DNA of 64,000 nt from Octopus sinensis (lineage: Eukaryota): NCBI RefSeq assembly GCF_006345805.1, contig NC_042998.1, positions 155,806,001-155,870,000 of the forward strand, written 5' to 3'. The notes beneath the pieces were generated by a model, which worked only from the letters and a program-made list of their open reading frames with translations, had not been told where the DNA came from and made no database searches. This document shows, one piece after another, positions 61,471 to 64,000 of this stretch (within the stretch, counting starts at the first letter, position 1; each line of letters opens with the position of its first letter). A program made the position numbers and the translations under genes.

Positions 61471-62264
61471 AGAGAGCGAGCGTGTATTAGTTTAACGCTC
61501 AGGAAGAAGGGAAGAGTCTTTTATGTTTTGAGTCTATCAAATTCAATCAAGGTTTCGGTCGGCTCGAGCCTATAGCAGAAGACACTTGCCCAAGGTACTA
61601 CACAGTGGGACTGAACCCGAAATCATGTGGTTGGGATGCAAGCTTCCTAATTACAAAGCTATGCCATAAATACGTACATACACACACGCACGCACACACG
61701 CACGCACGCACACATACACACGTACACATACATACATACATACATACATACATACATACATACATACATACATACATACATACATACATGTATATTTATG
61801 TATGTAATTATTTGTATGTATACATGTATGTATACACACCTACATTTATACAGACATAATTACCGACCTGGTTGGAAGGTGGCAAGCAGAATCGTTGCCA
61901 TGCCATGCAAAATTCTTAACGGCATTTCGTCCGTCTTTACCTTCTGATTTCAAATTCCACCAAGTTCGACTTTGCCCTTCATCCCTTTCGGGGTCGATGA
62001 AATAAGTACCAGTTGCGTAATGAGATCATTGTAATCGACTTACCTCTTCTCCCAAAAATCAGGCCTTGTGCCTACAATACAAAGGATTATTATAGATTAT
62101 ACTAGCAAACGTAAGGAGTGGCTGTGTGGTAAGAAGCCCGTCGTATATATGTATGTGTGTGTGTGTGGGAATGTCTGTAATATTTGTATTTTCTGTTTAT
62201 ATACGTTCGTGTAATTTGTTTTTGCTTTTGTTTATTCATATTTTGTTCATGTGTCTACATCCAC

Positions 62265-62328
<64 letters not shown>

Positions 62329-62387
62329 CATTATTATTATTATTACCTATGCTTGTATGTATGTATATATGTATGTATGTATGTATG

Positions 62388-62434
<47 letters not shown>

Positions 62435-62479
62435 TTAAAAAAATTTTTTTTTAATGTATATAGTTATTTACTTCCATTT

Positions 62480-62762
62480 GTTTATTTATCTGTGTATTTT
62501 ATTTTATTATGTTTTCAGTTTTGTTTATATTGTAACCAGTTTATGGGGATCCTCTTCTGTAATATGTTGTGGTGTGTGCTAGTGTTCCATTCCAGTTTCC
62601 TATTCAGGCTAGGTTTATCTTCTATTATGTGTGTAGCTTCCGTAATTTGTCTGATTGTTGCGTCTGTTCTATGTGTGGACAGGATTTTAACTTCTATGTT
62701 GTTGATTGAGCCCCCGTGTTCCTGCTCGGCGTGTTGGTATAGAATCGATGAGCTCTTTCCTT
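62480..62762 (-). pseudogene. PLE GIY-YIG C-terminal fragment
   Basis: The minus frame reads SILYQHAEQEH..VKILS..TIRQITEATHI..KPSLNRKLEW. Confidence 0.7.
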
Positions 62763-62789
62763 CCTTAAGTTCTCTTCAATTCTTTCTAT

Positions 62790-63142
62790 TATAGGCACAA
62801 GGCCTGAAATTTTAGGGGAGAGGGGCCAGTCGATTTGATCGACCCCAGTACGACCCCGAAAAGATGAAAGGCAAAGTCGACTTCGGCGGAATTTGAACTC
62901 AGAACGTAAAGACAGGCGAAATACATATTTCTTTACTACCCACAAGGGAATAAACACAGAGAGGACAAACGAATTAAGTCGATTATATCGACCCCAGTGC
63001 GTAACTAGTATTTATTTAATCGACCCCGAAAGGATGAAAGGCAAAGTCGACCTCGGCGGAATTTGAACTCAGAACGTAGCGGCAGACGAAATACCGGTAA
63101 GCATTTCGCCCGGCGTGCTAACGATTCTGCCAGCTCGCCACC
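62790..63142 (-). mobile_element. Two tandem family-B SINE copies
   Basis: Repeated GAAAGGATGAAAGGCAAAGTCGAC..GAACTCAGAACG blocks. Confidence 0.85.
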
Positions 63143-63565
63143 TTCATATAGTCATTTAGGGATGTAAGGAAGGGGTTAGAATAATGCCGAAACTTTAACT
63201 TCTTTACACTGCTCCATAGGTCAGTCCGAACGTTCTCAAGGTCTTTCATACATAGGGGGTCACTTTCAGTATTTGAAGCCGAATTTATCCGCATGCGTTT
63301 GATGACATTTTCCGTCTTCTCTGTAAGTTGCGTCGAGTAGATTTTCCTTGAAGGTATTTGAATATTACTCGGCGAGTACGGTTGGTCAGGCGTTCGTGCA
63401 TGGCACTCAACAGATTCTGGAGCAACTGTACGAGTGAGTGGACAAACGAAAGAAGGGCACTCAACCAATTTATTGGGAGTTACATATATGGATAAAAAAC
63501 AATTTGATTCAAATTCATTGGTACTCTTGAGTTTCAAGTTTGATGCTAATCGTCAGCCATTTTGA
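63143..63565 (-). pseudogene. N-terminal part of a PLE ORF preceded by a hammerhead-like motif
   Basis: YSPSNIQIPSRKIYSTQLTEKTENVIKRMR..DL..VKKLKFR..NPF matches PLE RT N-termini. CTGACGA...GAAACTCAAGAGTA at 63521-63556(-). Confidence 0.7.
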
Positions 63566-63689
63566 ATTTCAATGACAGAAGTTGATTGTTATTACTGTAA
63601 GGTGAGCTGCGATTGGTCGAGGAAGGTCACGCGGTATCGCGGTTTGATGTTGGTATATGGGTACCAGTTAGTTGGAAAATGCTGGATGG

Positions 63690-64000
63690 CGAACTGGAAA
63701 TTGACCACGCGGAGACCCCCAGAAGGATTAGAAGGAGAATTATACGGTATAACCCCCTTTCAACCTAGAAGTTTCCACCATCGTTGCTAGGGGCTTCCTG
63801 TTGTTAATTAAGAAACACTTCCCCAGAAACCATAAGTATTACAAACTCTTCAACCCCATAATGTCAAGGTGAGTTACTCCTGCTTAGACAACATCGTATC
63901 TAACATAGCACGCATTAACAAACGTAAAAATGCACCCACACCACCTCCAACCCCAACCTGCAACTTCCGAAACCCCACCATGTGTTCTCTTGAAGGATTT
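63690..64000 (+). pseudogene. PLE thumb/linker fragment running off the window
   Basis: RRIIRYNP..STIVARGFLLLIKKHFPRNHKYYKLF..VKVSYSCLDN..TCNFRNPTMCSLEG. Confidence 0.75.

Overview
This is a eukaryotic window almost entirely filled with transposable elements; I found no host protein-coding gene. The SINE repertoire, dense microsatellites and TTAGGG-like motifs suggest a cephalopod (Octopus-like) genome, which is an inference. Contents: at least six LTR retroelements (two Mag-like with tRNA-Leu PBS; a near-complete young CsRn1-clade element with tRNA-Trp PBS, CHCC gag and related fragments; a K02A2.6-like host fragment; and a compact 4.0-kb element with a 5-bp TSD); two Tc1 transposons; a pogo fragment; a Merlin-like (GG...CC, 8-bp TSD) foldback MITE family; other MITEs; two Helitron-like elements; a CR1-type LINE; an R4/Dong-type RLE LINE; several Penelope-like fragments with hammerhead ribozyme motifs; and about five SINE families. 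The most striking observation is that the compact LTR element (12671-16700) has no TGG-type PBS. The 12 nt after its 5' LTR are the exact complement of nt 1-12 of metazoan tRNA-Phe(GAA), suggesting priming by a very short 5' tRNA fragment, and its RT/RNase H motifs look DIRS-like although it has a DDE integrase. Other highlights are a Penelope fold-back with ~600-bp inverted arms each carrying a hammerhead ribozyme, and a LINE/SINE pair sharing a 3' tail stem-loop. All alignments and counts were made by eye; no searches were run.
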